Shown: positions 38,770-49,349 of the stretch, piece after piece
Layout of the letters: each line of letters begins with the position of its first letter
Position numbering within the stretch: position 1 is the first letter of the stretch
Source of the DNA: Chthoniobacteraceae bacterium
GTDB lineage: Bacteria; Verrucomicrobiota; Verrucomicrobiia; Chthoniobacterales; Chthoniobacteraceae
DNA length: 49,440 bases
NCBI GenBank assembly: GCA_037190965.1
Contig: JBBCKI010000053.1
Coordinates: 1-49,440, forward strand
Direction of reading: 5' to 3'
The notes under the pieces: model-generated
Databases searched by the model: none
What the model was told of the DNA's origin: nothing
What the model saw: the letters and a program-made list of their open reading frames with translations, nothing else
Position numbers and translations under genes: made by a program

Positions 38770-40200
38770 ATGCCTTCGCCCATCCGTCGCACTCCTCACC
38801 CGCGCGAGAAGCGGATTGTCTTCGCGAACATCGATCGCGAAGGTTATACGCCCGACATCGAGTGTTACCTCCGCCACGGCGGCTACGAGGAACTCCGCAA
38901 GGCAATCACCCTGCCCCCGGATACCATCGTCAATGAAGTGAAAGCCTCCGGCCTGCGGGGCCGTGGCGGCGCGGGGTTCCCTTGCGGCGTCAAATGGGGG
39001 TTCATCCGGCGCGGCGGCCCGAAGCCGACCTACCTCATCTGCAACGCAGACGAATCCGAGCCCGGCACGTTCAAGGACCGCTACATCATCCACCAGGAGC
39101 CGCATCAGCTCATCGAGGGGATGATCATCTCGTGCTTCGCGCTCGACGTGCACCTCGCCTATATCTACATCCGTGGCGAGTTCCCGCAGGGAGCCAAGAT
39201 TCTTGAGAAGGCGATCGCCGAAGCGAAGGAAAAGGGATTCCTCGGCAAGAACCTGCTCGGCACCGGTTTCGACCTGGAGATTTATGTCCATCGCGGCGCG
39301 GGCGCTTACATCTGCGGCGAAGAAACGGGCCTCATCGAATCGCTCGAAGGCAAGCGCGCTTACCCGCGCATCAAGCCTCCCTACTTCCCGGCGGTGCTCG
39401 GCCTCTACCAGTGCCCAACCATCGTCAACAACGTCGAGACCCTTTGCAACGTGAAGCACATCGTCAGGATGGGCGGCGCGGAGTTTGCGAAGATCGGCAA
39501 GCCCAACAACACGGGCACCCGTATTCTTTGCGTCAGCGGCGACGTGCAGCGGCCCGGTTACTTCGAGGTTGAACTCGGCTCGCTCACCATGGGCGAAGTC
39601 ATCAACGATCTCTGCGGTGGCCTGAAGCCGGGGCGCAAGCTCAAGGCGATCATCCCCGGCGGAAGCTCGGCGAAGGTTCTCAAAGCGGGCGAGCGGTACA
39701 AGATCAAGGAGAAGGCGGCAGACGGCTCGATGGTCGACAAGGAAATCGGCATCGAAGACATTCCCATGGACTTCGACACCCTTGCGGCGGTCGGCTCCAT
39801 GGCCGGTTCCGGCGGCGTCATCATCATGGATGACTCCCGCGACATGGTGAAGACGCTCAACAACCTGAACGAATTCTACGCCCACGAAAGCTGCGGCCAG
39901 TGCACCCCGTGCCGCGAAGGCTCCCTCTGGATGCGCAAGATCACCGACCGTATTCTCGCAGGCGGCGGCGTTGAGAGCGATCCCGACACGCTCAAGAGCG
40001 TGGCCGACAACATCGCGGGCAAAACCATCTGCGCCTTCGGTGAAGCGTGCTCATGGCCGACCCAGAGCTTCGTCATCAAGTTCCGCGAAGAATTCCAGGG
40101 CAAGTCCACAAAGCAACTGCCGCCCCCCACCCCGCCGGAGTACCTCTCCGAGACGCTGATTGGGGAAACCAAGCAACTGGCCGGAGGAAACAGCCACTAG
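38770..40200 (+). CDS. nuoF: NADH-quinone oxidoreductase subunit F
   Basis: SGLRGRGGAGF, NADESEPGTFKDR, GAGAYICGEET, HESCGQCTPCREG; ATG at 38770. Confidence 0.97.
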   Translation: MPSPIRRTPHPREKRIVFANIDREGYTPDIECYLRHGGYEELRKAITLPPDTIVNEVKASGLRGRGGAGFPCGVKWGFIRRGGPKPTYLICNADESEPGTFKDRYIIHQEPHQLIEGMIISCFALDVHLAYIYIRGEFPQGAKILEKAIAEAKEKGFLGKNLLGTGFDLEIYVHRGAGAYICGEETGLIESLEGKRAYPRIKPPYFPAVLGLYQCPTIVNNVETLCNVKHIVRMGGAEFAKIGKPNNTGTRILCVSGDVQRPGYFEVELGSLTMGEVINDLCGGLKPGRKLKAIIPGGSSAKVLKAGERYKIKEKAADGSMVDKEIGIEDIPMDFDTLAAVGSMAGSGGVIIMDDSRDMVKTLNNLNEFYAHESCGQCTPCREGSLWMRKITDRILAGGGVESDPDTLKSVADNIAGKTICAFGEACSWPTQSFVIKFREEFQGKSTKQLPPPTPPEYLSETLIGETKQLAGGNSH

Positions 40201-40204
40201 CGAT

Positions 40205-40369
40205 ATGATGGCCCTTCTTGTTCTCGTCCAACTCGCGGTAATCATTTTTTTGATCGCGCTCGCGTGGAGAGCAGTAAAGGCCCTCGAACAATCCGCTAAA
40301 GTCCAAACCGAGACCGCCGAAGCCCTTCGGCAATTAGTAATTTCCAAGTCGAAAGAGGAGAACCGATAG
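40205..40369 (+). CDS. 54-aa single-pass membrane protein between nuoF and nuoG
   Basis: MMALLVLVQLAVIIFLIALAW hydrophobic helix plus polar helix; starts 4 bp after the nuoF stop; its stop overlaps the nuoG GTG. Confidence 0.6.
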   Translation: MMALLVLVQLAVIIFLIALAWRAVKALEQSAKVQTETAEALRQLVISKSKEENR

Positions 40370-42039
40370 TGAGCAACGAAACCGCAACCGCCACAGCCCC
40401 GCCGCCCGTCCAGATGCTGAATGTCCAGATCGACGGCGTCTGGATGCAGTTCCCCAAGGGAACGCGCGTCATCGAGGCTTGCAGCCAGGCCAACAAGTTC
40501 ATCCCGCGCTACTGCTACCACCCGAAGCTCTCCTCGCCCGGCAACTGCCGCATGTGCTTGATCGAGATGGGCATGCCGAAGATGGGGCCGGATCGCCAGC
40601 CTGAATTGGGAGCCGATGGTCGCCCGCTCATTAACTGGATTCCCCGCCCGCAGATCTCCTGCGCCCAGGATATCGCCGAAGGGATGGCCGTGCGCACCGA
40701 TTCCCCGATGGTGCAGGACGCCCGCAAAGGCGTCATGGAGTTCCTCCTGATCAATCACCCGCTCGACTGCCCGATTTGCGACCAGGCGGGCGAATGCCGT
40801 CTCCAGGAATTCTCCGTCGAATACGGCAACGCCAAGACCCGCTTCCTTGAGCACAAGGTCAAGAAGCCGAAGAATGTCGAGATCGGCCCGCGCGTGACGC
40901 TCGACGACGAGCGATGCATTCTCTGCACCCGCTGCATCCGCTTCATGAAGGAAGTGGCCAAGGACGACGTCCTCGGCATCGTGGACCGTGGCAGTTACAA
41001 CTCGATCTCCTGTCACCCCGACAAGAAGCTCGACAGCAACTACTCGCTCAACACGGTCGATATTTGCCCCGTCGGCGCGCTGACTTCCACGGATTTCCGC
41101 TTCAAGATGCGCGTCTGGTTTCTTCAGGAAACCAAGAGCTTCTGCACCAGTTGCGCCACCGGCTGCAACACGACGATCAGCTCCCGCGAGAACATCGTCT
41201 ACCGCCAGACGCCTCGCGAGAACAACGACGTGAACGAAGTCTGGATGTGCGACCACGGACGTCTCAACTTCCACTACCTGCACAGCACGGAACGGTTCCT
41301 CGGGCCGATCGTGAAGGTGCTCAAGAAGGACGAGGAGGAGCCGAGTTGGTCCATCGCCATCGCGAAAGCGACCGCCGCGCTCAAGACGTTCTCCGGCAAC
41401 CAGGTCGCCATCATCGCTTCCGGCAAGCAGACCAACGAGGAGCTTTTCCTCACGGCCCGCCTCGCGGAAGCGCTCGGAACGACACAGCACGACATCGTGC
41501 CGCATCTCGACCTGGGTGATGAAATTCTGCTCAGCGCCGACCGCAACCCGAACACCGCAGGGGCAAAGCTCCTCGGTGTCAGCGCGGGCAACCCGGGTGA
41601 AAGGCTCAAGGCGATTGCCGAAGGGGTTCGCAACGGCACCATCAAGGCACTCGTCGTTCTGGGTGAAGATGCCGCAGAGGCGGGGCTTTCCGAGGCCGAT
41701 CTGAAAAAGCTCGATCTCGTGATTGCCGTCAATATCCTCCCCAACAGCACGACCAAGGTGGCCGACTACGTGTTCGCCAGCGCCGGGTTTGCGGAAAAGC
41801 GGGGATCGATGATCAACAAGAAGGGCCGCGTCCAGCGGCTTAACCGCGCCATCCAGCCTCCGGGCGAAGCGCGCGACGATTGGGAGATCCTGCGCGATCT
41901 CATTCAGGGCGTCAGCGGATCCAACGGGCTCTATGCCGTCGAGGATGTCTTCAAGCAGATGGCTGCGGCCGTTCCCGCCTTCGCGGGGCTGAGCCTGAGC
42001 AAGATCGGCGACCAGGGCGTGCAGCTTCAACTTTCGTAA
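40369..42039 (+). CDS. nuoG: NADH-quinone oxidoreductase subunit G (short form)
   Basis: PRYCYHPKL..GNCRMC, NHPLDCPICDQAGEC, RCILCTRCIRF, CTSCATGC...C. Confidence 0.95.
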   Translation: MSNETATATAPPPVQMLNVQIDGVWMQFPKGTRVIEACSQANKFIPRYCYHPKLSSPGNCRMCLIEMGMPKMGPDRQPELGADGRPLINWIPRPQISCAQDIAEGMAVRTDSPMVQDARKGVMEFLLINHPLDCPICDQAGECRLQEFSVEYGNAKTRFLEHKVKKPKNVEIGPRVTLDDERCILCTRCIRFMKEVAKDDVLGIVDRGSYNSISCHPDKKLDSNYSLNTVDICPVGALTSTDFRFKMRVWFLQETKSFCTSCATGCNTTISSRENIVYRQTPRENNDVNEVWMCDHGRLNFHYLHSTERFLGPIVKVLKKDEEEPSWSIAIAKATAALKTFSGNQVAIIASGKQTNEELFLTARLAEALGTTQHDIVPHLDLGDEILLSADRNPNTAGAKLLGVSAGNPGERLKAIAEGVRNGTIKALVVLGEDAAEAGLSEADLKKLDLVIAVNILPNSTTKVADYVFASAGFAEKRGSMINKKGRVQRLNRAIQPPGEARDDWEILRDLIQGVSGSNGLYAVEDVFKQMAAAVPAFAGLSLSKIGDQGVQLQLS

Positions 42040-42042
42040 TCG

Positions 42043-43194
42043 ATGGACTTTTTACTCCAGATTGACTGGTTTCAGATTCTCACGTCGCTGGCCAAGACGG
42101 TCTTCCTGCTTGGCATCGTGCTCACCCTCGTCTCGTACACCGTTTATGCAGAACGCCGCGTGAGCGCGTTGATGCAGGACCGTTACGGCCCGAACCGCAC
42201 CGGCTTCCCGACCACCCTGCTCGGTACCAAGAAAGACTTCTCGCCATTCCTTGGCGGCTTGGGTCAGCCAATCGCGGACGCCTTGAAGTTGATGCTCAAA
42301 GAGGACTTCACCCCCTCTTACGTCAACAAGTTCTACTACTGGATCGCCCCCGGCCTCGGCATTGCCGCCGTGATCGTCGGCTTGGCGGTGATCCCCTTCG
42401 GCAGCTCCATCGCGGGCGTGCCGCTGGTGATCGCCAATGTCGACATCGGGCCGCTCTTCATCTTCGCGATTTCCTCGCTGGGTGTTTACGGGATCGTGCT
42501 TGCCGGTTGGTCCGCCAACTCGAAGTACCCGTTCCTCGGGAGCATCCGCTCGACCTCGCAGATGATCTCCTATGAGCTATCGCTCGGCCTTTCGGTCATC
42601 CCGATCTTCCTGATCCTCGGCACGCTGAACCTCACCCAGATCATCCAGAATCAGGTCGCCAACGGCTGGATGCTGATCCCAGGCATCACGGCGGCGAAAC
42701 CGCACTTCCCTTCGCCGGACCAGTTCCTCCTCTGGATTCCGATTTTCATCTCCTTCATCATCTTCACCGTGGCGATGTTCGCGGAAACCAACCGCCTGCC
42801 GTTCGACCTTCCCGAAGCGGAAACCGAACTCGTCGGCGGTTACCACACCGAATATTCGTCGATGAAGTTCGCCCTCTTCTTCCTGGGTGAATATGCAGCG
42901 ATGATCCTCGGCTCCGCCCTGATCGTCGTCCTCTTCCTTGGCGGCTGGTCGATCCCATTCCTTCCGGACGGCACCGCACCGGGCGTCCCCGGGATCATCG
43001 CCGGGTTGATCAGTGTGGGCGTGTTCTTTGCAAAAGTCGCCGCGCTCCTGATCTTCTTCATCTTCATCCGCTGGACGCTGCCCCGTTTCCGTTACGACCA
43101 GTTGATGACCCTCGGCTGGATCTGGTTTTTCGAAATCGCGCTGGTCAACATCTTCATCACCGCCGGCATTCTTGCCTACCTCTCTTCCCGCTAA
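42043..43194 (+). CDS. nuoH: NADH-quinone oxidoreductase subunit H
   Basis: ERRV.A.MQDR.GPN, ETNRLPFDLPEAETELVGGYHTEYS, RWTLPRFRYDQLM. Confidence 0.97.
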   Translation: MDFLLQIDWFQILTSLAKTVFLLGIVLTLVSYTVYAERRVSALMQDRYGPNRTGFPTTLLGTKKDFSPFLGGLGQPIADALKLMLKEDFTPSYVNKFYYWIAPGLGIAAVIVGLAVIPFGSSIAGVPLVIANVDIGPLFIFAISSLGVYGIVLAGWSANSKYPFLGSIRSTSQMISYELSLGLSVIPIFLILGTLNLTQIIQNQVANGWMLIPGITAAKPHFPSPDQFLLWIPIFISFIIFTVAMFAETNRLPFDLPEAETELVGGYHTEYSSMKFALFFLGEYAAMILGSALIVVLFLGGWSIPFLPDGTAPGVPGIIAGLISVGVFFAKVAALLIFFIFIRWTLPRFRYDQLMTLGWIWFFEIALVNIFITAGILAYLSSR

Positions 43195-43197
43195 GCC

Positions 43198-43728
43198 ATG
43201 GCTTATACTGTCCCACGTCCAAAACTGACCTTTGCCGAAAAGATCTATCTGCCAACGGTTCTCGCCGGTTTGAAGATCACTCTCGGGCATCTTGTCAAGA
43301 TGCTCCGCGGCAAGACGCATGTCGCCCTGCAGTACCCGGAGGAGAAATGGGATGCCAACCTCCCCGCGCACTATCGTGGCGCGCCGACCCTCGTGAGCGA
43401 TGAACATGGCCGCACCCGTTGCGTCGCCTGCCAGCTCTGCGAGTTCATCTGCCCGCCCCGCGCCATCCGCATCAAACCGGGCGAGATTCCCGCCGAAAAC
43501 AAATTCGCCAAGGTGGAGAAATTCCCGGCGGAATTTGAGATCGACATGATCCGCTGCATTTACTGCGGCATGTGCGAGGAGGTCTGCCCCGAGCAGGCTA
43601 TCTTCCTCCGGAAGGATTACGCCATCGTCGGCACCAGTCGCTCCGAAATGGTGCATAACAAAGCGAAGCTCATCGAACTCGGCGGTGTGATGACGGGCCT
43701 CGTCCACAAGTGGAACGAGAAGAAATAG
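43198..43728 (+). CDS. nuoI: NADH-quinone oxidoreductase subunit I
   Basis: QYPEE; CVACQLCEFICP; CIYCGMCEEVCP. Confidence 0.97.
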   Translation: MAYTVPRPKLTFAEKIYLPTVLAGLKITLGHLVKMLRGKTHVALQYPEEKWDANLPAHYRGAPTLVSDEHGRTRCVACQLCEFICPPRAIRIKPGEIPAENKFAKVEKFPAEFEIDMIRCIYCGMCEEVCPEQAIFLRKDYAIVGTSRSEMVHNKAKLIELGGVMTGLVHKWNEKK

Positions 43729-43740
43729 AAGGTCCCAACG

Positions 43741-44241
43741 ATGTCCCCGATTTTCTTCTGGCTATTCTCCGCGCTGATGCTCGGCTTTGGCGCGTGCGTC
43801 ATCCTCAACCGCAACCCTGTCGCAAGCGCGCTCAGCCTCGTCGTATCCTTCCTGGGACTGGCGGCACTGTTTGTCGGGCTGGACGCCTACTTCATCGGCG
43901 TCATCCAAGTGCTCGTCTATGCGGGCGCGGTGATGGTGTTGTTCCTCTTCATCATCATGCTGCTCGATCTCCGCAAGGAGAGGCGCCGCAAGATCAAACC
44001 GCTGGTCGTTCTTGGCGGCGGCGCGGTGGTGATCGCGTTCGTGGCGCAACTCGGGTTCATCCTGCGGAACTTCCCTGCGGGAGCTCGCACCCTCGAGCCG
44101 CTGACAGGCCCGTTCGATGACACGAAGAACATCGGGTTCACCCTCTTCTCCAACTACAACCTTCCGTTCCAGGCAGTCGGCGTGCTCGTCCTTGTGGCGA
44201 CCATCGGCGTTGTCATCCTGAGCAAGCGCGAACTGAAATAA
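43741..44241 (+). CDS. nuoJ: NADH-quinone oxidoreductase subunit J
   Basis: [27 protein letters not shown]. Confidence 0.96.
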   Translation: MSPIFFWLFSALMLGFGACVILNRNPVASALSLVVSFLGLAALFVGLDAYFIGVIQVLVYAGAVMVLFLFIIMLLDLRKERRRKIKPLVVLGGGAVVIAFVAQLGFILRNFPAGARTLEPLTGPFDDTKNIGFTLFSNYNLPFQAVGVLVLVATIGVVILSKRELK

Positions 44242-44245
44242 ACCG

Positions 44246-44563
44246 ATGCTCACGCTTAACGATTACCTTCTAGTCAGCGGCCTCCTGTTCGCCCTCGGGT
44301 TTGCAGGGGTCCTCTTCCGGCGCAATCTCATCGTCATCTTTATGGCGCTGGAGATGATGCTCAACGCGGCGAACCTCTCGCTGGTTGCCTTCGCCCGCTT
44401 CAACCTTGTTGACGGCCTGCCCAACTACAACGGGCAGATGCTGGTGTTCTTCATCATCACCGTGGCGGCCGCCGAGGTCGCCGTCGGCCTTGCGATCATC
44501 GTCGCGCTCTACCGCGCCCGGCAAACGGTCCATGTGGAAGACATCTCAACCCTGAAGTTCTAG
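44246..44563 (+). CDS. nuoK: NADH-quinone oxidoreductase subunit K
   Basis: [27 protein letters not shown]. Confidence 0.97.
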   Translation: MLTLNDYLLVSGLLFALGFAGVLFRRNLIVIFMALEMMLNAANLSLVAFARFNLVDGLPNYNGQMLVFFIITVAAAEVAVGLAIIVALYRARQTVHVEDISTLKF

Positions 44564-44592
44564 CGCACGACGTCCCTTTTTAATCCTGCCCT

Positions 44593-46374
44593 ATGGCCCT
44601 TCCCTGGATTGTCCTTTTTACTCCGCTGCTGAGCGCCGCCATCATCGGCGCGTTCACCAAGCGCTATCATAACCTGAGCATGGGCATCTCCGTTCTTGCG
44701 GTGATCGTCTCGCTCGCCGCCAGCATCGGCGTCTTTCTCGCCCCTGCGCCGGAAACCCCGCTCTCGATCCCGTGGATCAGCCTGGGTGATTTCCAGATCC
44801 CCATCGGCCTCACCATTGACGGGCTGAGCAAGGCGATGATGCTCGTCGTGACCAGCATCGGCACGCTTATCCATCTCTACTCGGTCGCCTACATGAAGGA
44901 TGACGACGGGAAGGGCCGCTACTTCGGCGGGCTCTCGCTCTTCATGTTCTCCATGCTCGGGATCGTCTTCGCGAACAACTTCGCGATGATGTTCATCTTC
45001 TGGGAACTGGTGGGTGTCTCCTCTTTCCTCCTCATCGGCCACTGGTACAACAAGTCCGCGCCGCCCGCCGCCGCGAACAAGGCGTTCATCACGAACCGTT
45101 TGGGTGACTTCGGGTTCATGCTCGGCATCCTGCTCGTATGGCAGGCCACCAAGTCGCTGGAGTTCGGCGCGATCCAGGCTGGGATTGGCGCTCTTGAGGC
45201 AAACCCCGCTCTCGCCGCTCTGGCCGTCCTCTGCATCTTCTGCGGAACGCTCGGCAAATCCGCCCAGTTCCCGCTTCACGTCTGGTTGCCGGATGCGATG
45301 GAAGGCCCGACGCCGGTTTCCGCGCTCATCCACGCCGCAACGATGGTTGCCGCCGGTGTCTACATGCTGGCCCGGGTCTTCTTCCTGATCCAAATTTCGC
45401 CCTGCGCCTTGCAGGTCATCATGTGGATCGGGACGATCACCGCCGTCCTCGCCGCCCTGATGGCGACTCAGCAGAACGACATCAAGCGCATCCTCGCCTA
45501 CTCCACGCTCTCGCAGCTGGGCTACATGGTGATGGCCGTCGGCCTCGCCGCGAAGGACGCCGCGATGTTCCACCTTGTCACGCACGCCTTCTTCAAGGCG
45601 CTTCTCTTCCTCGGTTCCGGCGCGGTCATCTACGCCTGCCACCACGAGCAGAACATCTGGAAAATGGGTGGCCTGAAGAAGTTGCCAGTGACGTTCATCA
45701 CCTTCCTGATCGGCACCGCCGCGCTGATGGGCATCCCTTTCTTCAGCGGTTTCTACAGTAAGGATTCGATCCTGATCGCCGCTTCCGGGCAGAATCAGAT
45801 TGTTTTCGGGCTGGCGCTTTTCACCGCCTTCCTGACGGCCTTCTACATGGCCCGTCTTTTTGTGGTCGTCTTCTTTGGCAAGGCGCGCACGGAAAACGCC
45901 GACCACGCTCACGAAGTGCCGCCGATCATGGCAGGCCCGCTCGTTTTGCTCGCCATTCCGTCCTTCATCGCCGGATACGGCTTCTTCATCGATCGCTTCC
46001 TTCCGACCCCGGCTCACGCTGAACACAGCAACGTGCCGATGTTCGCCATCGCCGCGGCCTTGCTCGGCGCCGCTATCGGTGCGGTCATCTACTGGGGCAA
46101 ATCCCGCGATCCGATCAACATCCGCTTCCTCGAGAACAAATTTTACTTCGATGAGGCTTACGCCGTCCTGATCCGTTACACCCAGGATCTCCTCGCCCGC
46201 TTCAGTGCGTTTGTCGATCGCTGGGTCATCGGTCTCGCCGTCCGCGTCGCCGCCGGCTGCACATGGGGCGTCGGCTTCACTCTACGCTTCCTCCAGTTCG
46301 GCAACCTCCAGGGATACGCCTTCTTCTTCGGACTCGGCGTGGTCGCCCTCTTCTATTACCTGATCATCAAGTAA
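44593..46374 (+). CDS. nuoL: NADH-quinone oxidoreductase subunit L
   Basis: WELVGVSSFLLIG, GKSAQFPLHVWLPDAMEGPTPVSALIHAATMV, HAFFKALLFL. Confidence 0.97.
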   Translation: MALPWIVLFTPLLSAAIIGAFTKRYHNLSMGISVLAVIVSLAASIGVFLAPAPETPLSIPWISLGDFQIPIGLTIDGLSKAMMLVVTSIGTLIHLYSVAYMKDDDGKGRYFGGLSLFMFSMLGIVFANNFAMMFIFWELVGVSSFLLIGHWYNKSAPPAAANKAFITNRLGDFGFMLGILLVWQATKSLEFGAIQAGIGALEANPALAALAVLCIFCGTLGKSAQFPLHVWLPDAMEGPTPVSALIHAATMVAAGVYMLARVFFLIQISPCALQVIMWIGTITAVLAALMATQQNDIKRILAYSTLSQLGYMVMAVGLAAKDAAMFHLVTHAFFKALLFLGSGAVIYACHHEQNIWKMGGLKKLPVTFITFLIGTAALMGIPFFSGFYSKDSILIAASGQNQIVFGLALFTAFLTAFYMARLFVVVFFGKARTENADHAHEVPPIMAGPLVLLAIPSFIAGYGFFIDRFLPTPAHAEHSNVPMFAIAAALLGAAIGAVIYWGKSRDPINIRFLENKFYFDEAYAVLIRYTQDLLARFSAFVDRWVIGLAVRVAAGCTWGVGFTLRFLQFGNLQGYAFFFGLGVVALFYYLIIK

Positions 46375-46376
46375 CC

Positions 46377-47867
46377 GTGCCTTACCTTCTCCACCTCCTC
46401 ATTGCCGTTCCGATCCTCGGGGCGATTGCCATTCTTCTGGGTGCTCCCGCCAAGAAAACGGCGATGGCCGCCGCAGCGGTGAACCTTCTGCTCACGCTGG
46501 TCGGGGTCTTCAGCTACGACCAGGCCGCGAGCGGCTACCAATTCCAATCCATCACCACGCTGGTGCCGGAATGGCGCTTGAGCTACTTCCTCGGCGTCGA
46601 TGGGCTCAGCCTCGTGATGCTCCTGCTTACCGCGCTGGTTACGCTGGCCGCCATCTGGGTCGCCCCGAAAGTGGATAGCCGCGAGGGGCTCTACTATTCC
46701 TCCCTGCTCTTCATCGCCGCCGGGGCGACGGGGGCGTTCGCCTCGCTCGATCTCTTCTTCTTCTACGCGTTCCATGAACTGGCGCTCATCCCCACCTTCC
46801 TCATGATCGGCATCTGGGGTTCCGGGGATCGCGCGGGAGCCGCCTGGTCGATCACCATCTACCTCGCGCTGGGCAGCATCATCTTGCTGGTCGGCCTGCT
46901 GGCCCTCTACCTCAGCATTCCTGACGCGTTCAGAACCTTCAACATCGTTGAGCTTCAGGCGCTTGCCGCTCAAGGCAAAGTTCCTCAAACCTCGTGGATC
47001 TACCTGACGATCCTCATCGGATTTGGCGTCCTGATCTCCCTCTTCCCCTTCCATACGTGGGCTCCGAAAGCCTACGCCAGCGCCCCGGCCCCCACGGCCA
47101 TGCTGCACGCGGGCGTGCTCAAGAAGTTCGGCCTCTACGGTCTGCTTCGCGTGGCGCTGCCGCTGCTTCCGGGCGCGGCTCAGGAGTGGACGAACCTCCT
47201 GCTCCTTCTGCTGGCCGGGAACATCCTCTACATCGGCCTCGTCACCATCGCGCAGAAGAGCCTCGATATGACGCTCGGTTACTCCAGCGTGATGCACATG
47301 GGGTACATCTTCCTCGGCATCGCCTCCTTCAACCTTCTCGGTTTGAACGGCGCGGCCCTGCTGATGTTCGCGCACGGTCTCTCCATCGCCGTTCTCTTCG
47401 CCATCGCGGGGGAAGTGCGGGAGCGCACCGGAACCCTGGAATACTCCAAGCTCGGCGGCCTCGCCAAACCGCTTCCATTCCTCGGGTACACCTTCGGCAT
47501 CGCCGCGTTTGCCTCCATCGGACTTCCCGGCTTTGGCAACTTCGCTTCGGAAATCCTTGTCTTCTTCGGGGCATTTGAGCACGCCGGAACGGCGCTTGCC
47601 CGCGGTATCCATTTCTCGAACTTCCAGATCGTCACCATCATCGCCCTCTGGGGCGTGGTGATCTCCGCCGTTTACATGCTGCGCGCCTACCGCGCCGCCT
47701 TTCTCGGCGAAACCAACAAGAGCTGGACCTCGCTGGTTGACCTGAAATGCTGCGTTCGCCCGGCCATCGTGCTGTTGCTCATCGCGCTGCTCGTGGCCGG
47801 TTTCCGTCCTCAGTTGTTCCTCAATTTGATCACGCCCACCGTTAAGACCTTTATCGCCGCCCAATGA
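46377..47867 (+). CDS. nuoM: NADH-quinone oxidoreductase subunit M
   Basis: FPFHTWAP.AY..AP, YSSVMHMG, FASIGLPG..NF.SE; GTG at 46377. Confidence 0.95.
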   Translation: MPYLLHLLIAVPILGAIAILLGAPAKKTAMAAAAVNLLLTLVGVFSYDQAASGYQFQSITTLVPEWRLSYFLGVDGLSLVMLLLTALVTLAAIWVAPKVDSREGLYYSSLLFIAAGATGAFASLDLFFFYAFHELALIPTFLMIGIWGSGDRAGAAWSITIYLALGSIILLVGLLALYLSIPDAFRTFNIVELQALAAQGKVPQTSWIYLTILIGFGVLISLFPFHTWAPKAYASAPAPTAMLHAGVLKKFGLYGLLRVALPLLPGAAQEWTNLLLLLLAGNILYIGLVTIAQKSLDMTLGYSSVMHMGYIFLGIASFNLLGLNGAALLMFAHGLSIAVLFAIAGEVRERTGTLEYSKLGGLAKPLPFLGYTFGIAAFASIGLPGFGNFASEILVFFGAFEHAGTALARGIHFSNFQIVTIIALWGVVISAVYMLRAYRAAFLGETNKSWTSLVDLKCCVRPAIVLLLIALLVAGFRPQLFLNLITPTVKTFIAAQ

Positions 47868-49321
47868 TTTCGCCGAACCCTCTATTTCTCGACATCGCCG
47901 TTCTGGCGCTCGGGCTGATCCTGCTGCTGCTTGAGGCTTTTGATGACCAAAAGGAAAAGTCCTTTCTGGGTTGGACCAGCATCGTCGTTCTCGGAGCCAT
48001 TTTCATCCTCTCCCTCTTCGCAAAGCCAGTTTCGTTTGCGGAAGGCAGCCAGTTGGCCCAGTTCTACCGGGCCGATTCCTTTGCGCTCTTCTATAAACGA
48101 ATCGCGCTGGGTGCCACCCTGCTGGTGTTGATCATGTCAGTGGACTTCCGCTCCATCCTCTCACGCTTCATCCCGGCCGCCACTCCCCTCGCGGGGACGG
48201 GCGAGTTCTTCACCCTCCCGGTCTTCACCTGCCTTGGCCTGATGTGGATGGCCTCTGCCGTGGATTTTGTGATGATCTTCGTCTCCCTGGAGTTGGTCAC
48301 GATCTCCTTCTACATCCTAGTCAGCTATATGCGCCGCAGCGCGGGCTCGCTCGAAGCAGGCGTCAAATACCTCATCCTCGGCGCGCTTTCCACCGGCTTC
48401 CTGGTTTACGGGATCACCTGGATCTTCGGAATCACCGGCCAGACAAACCTTCAGAGAATCAGCGATATCATCGGGGTTCTTCCCGCGACCAATCACACCG
48501 CCCTGCTTTTTGGCATGGGGTTGATTCTCGTTGGCCTCGGCTTCAAGGTAGCCGCCGCACCGTTCCAACTTTGGGTGCCCGACGTTTACCAGGGCGCGCC
48601 GACCCCGATCACCGCGTTGCTCTCGGTCGGTTCGAAAGCGGCTGGGTTCATCGTTCTTATGCGCGTGATCCAGGCGTTCTCCGCCTCGCCGGAGATTATG
48701 GCCAAGCTCGTCATGGCTCTTGGCGGCATGGCGATCCTCACGCTCATTTATGGCAACCTCGCGGCGCTGCCGCAGGATAACATGAAGCGCCTCCTCGGTT
48801 ACTCGAGCATTGCGCACGCGGGCTATCTGCTGGTCGCCCTGGCCAGTTGGGGCAATGGCGCGCAGGCTCCCATCACGGTCTCCTTTTATCTCGCCGGTTA
48901 CCTGCTGATGACGATGCTCAGCTTTCTGGTCATCGTCGTGGTCAACAAAGCCACAGGCGGCGACGATATCGCCAACTTCAACGGACTTGGCCAACGGTCT
49001 CCCGTGCTGGCGTTGGGAATGCTGATTGCGATGCTCTCCCTCGCAGGGATTCCCCTCACCGTCGGGTTCCTCGGCAAGTTGCTCGTTTTCCGTGACGCCA
49101 TTGCCCAGCAACAGTGGGCGTTGGTGATTGTCGGAGTCATCACCGTCGGTGCGGGCTTCTACTATTATCTGAAAGTCGTTCGCGCGATGTACTGGAACGC
49201 CGCCAGCGATTCGTCGGCAATTTCGGTTTCAGGGCTGACAAAGACCACCATCGGCGTCCTTGTCGCCTTGATCTTCATCTTCGGGGTCTACCCGACGCCG
49301 CTTTTGGCGATGTTGAAGTAG
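47864..49321 (+). CDS. nuoN: NADH-quinone oxidoreductase subunit N
   Basis: EAGVKYLILG, FKVAAAPFQLWVPDVYQGAPTP, KRLLGYSSIAHAGY, SLAGIPLT.GF.GK. Confidence 0.97.
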   Translation: MISPNPLFLDIAVLALGLILLLLEAFDDQKEKSFLGWTSIVVLGAIFILSLFAKPVSFAEGSQLAQFYRADSFALFYKRIALGATLLVLIMSVDFRSILSRFIPAATPLAGTGEFFTLPVFTCLGLMWMASAVDFVMIFVSLELVTISFYILVSYMRRSAGSLEAGVKYLILGALSTGFLVYGITWIFGITGQTNLQRISDIIGVLPATNHTALLFGMGLILVGLGFKVAAAPFQLWVPDVYQGAPTPITALLSVGSKAAGFIVLMRVIQAFSASPEIMAKLVMALGGMAILTLIYGNLAALPQDNMKRLLGYSSIAHAGYLLVALASWGNGAQAPITVSFYLAGYLLMTMLSFLVIVVVNKATGGDDIANFNGLGQRSPVLALGMLIAMLSLAGIPLTVGFLGKLLVFRDAIAQQQWALVIVGVITVGAGFYYYLKVVRAMYWNAASDSSAISVSGLTKTTIGVLVALIFIFGVYPTPLLAMLK

Positions 49322-49349
49322 AAGGCAGCCTCTGCCGACGGAAACACGC

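Noticed and set aside
36500..49111. Long - strand ORFs (439, 381, 659, 376, 488, 502, 264 aa)
   Set aside because: Antisense to well-conserved nuo genes; a codon-bias artefact.
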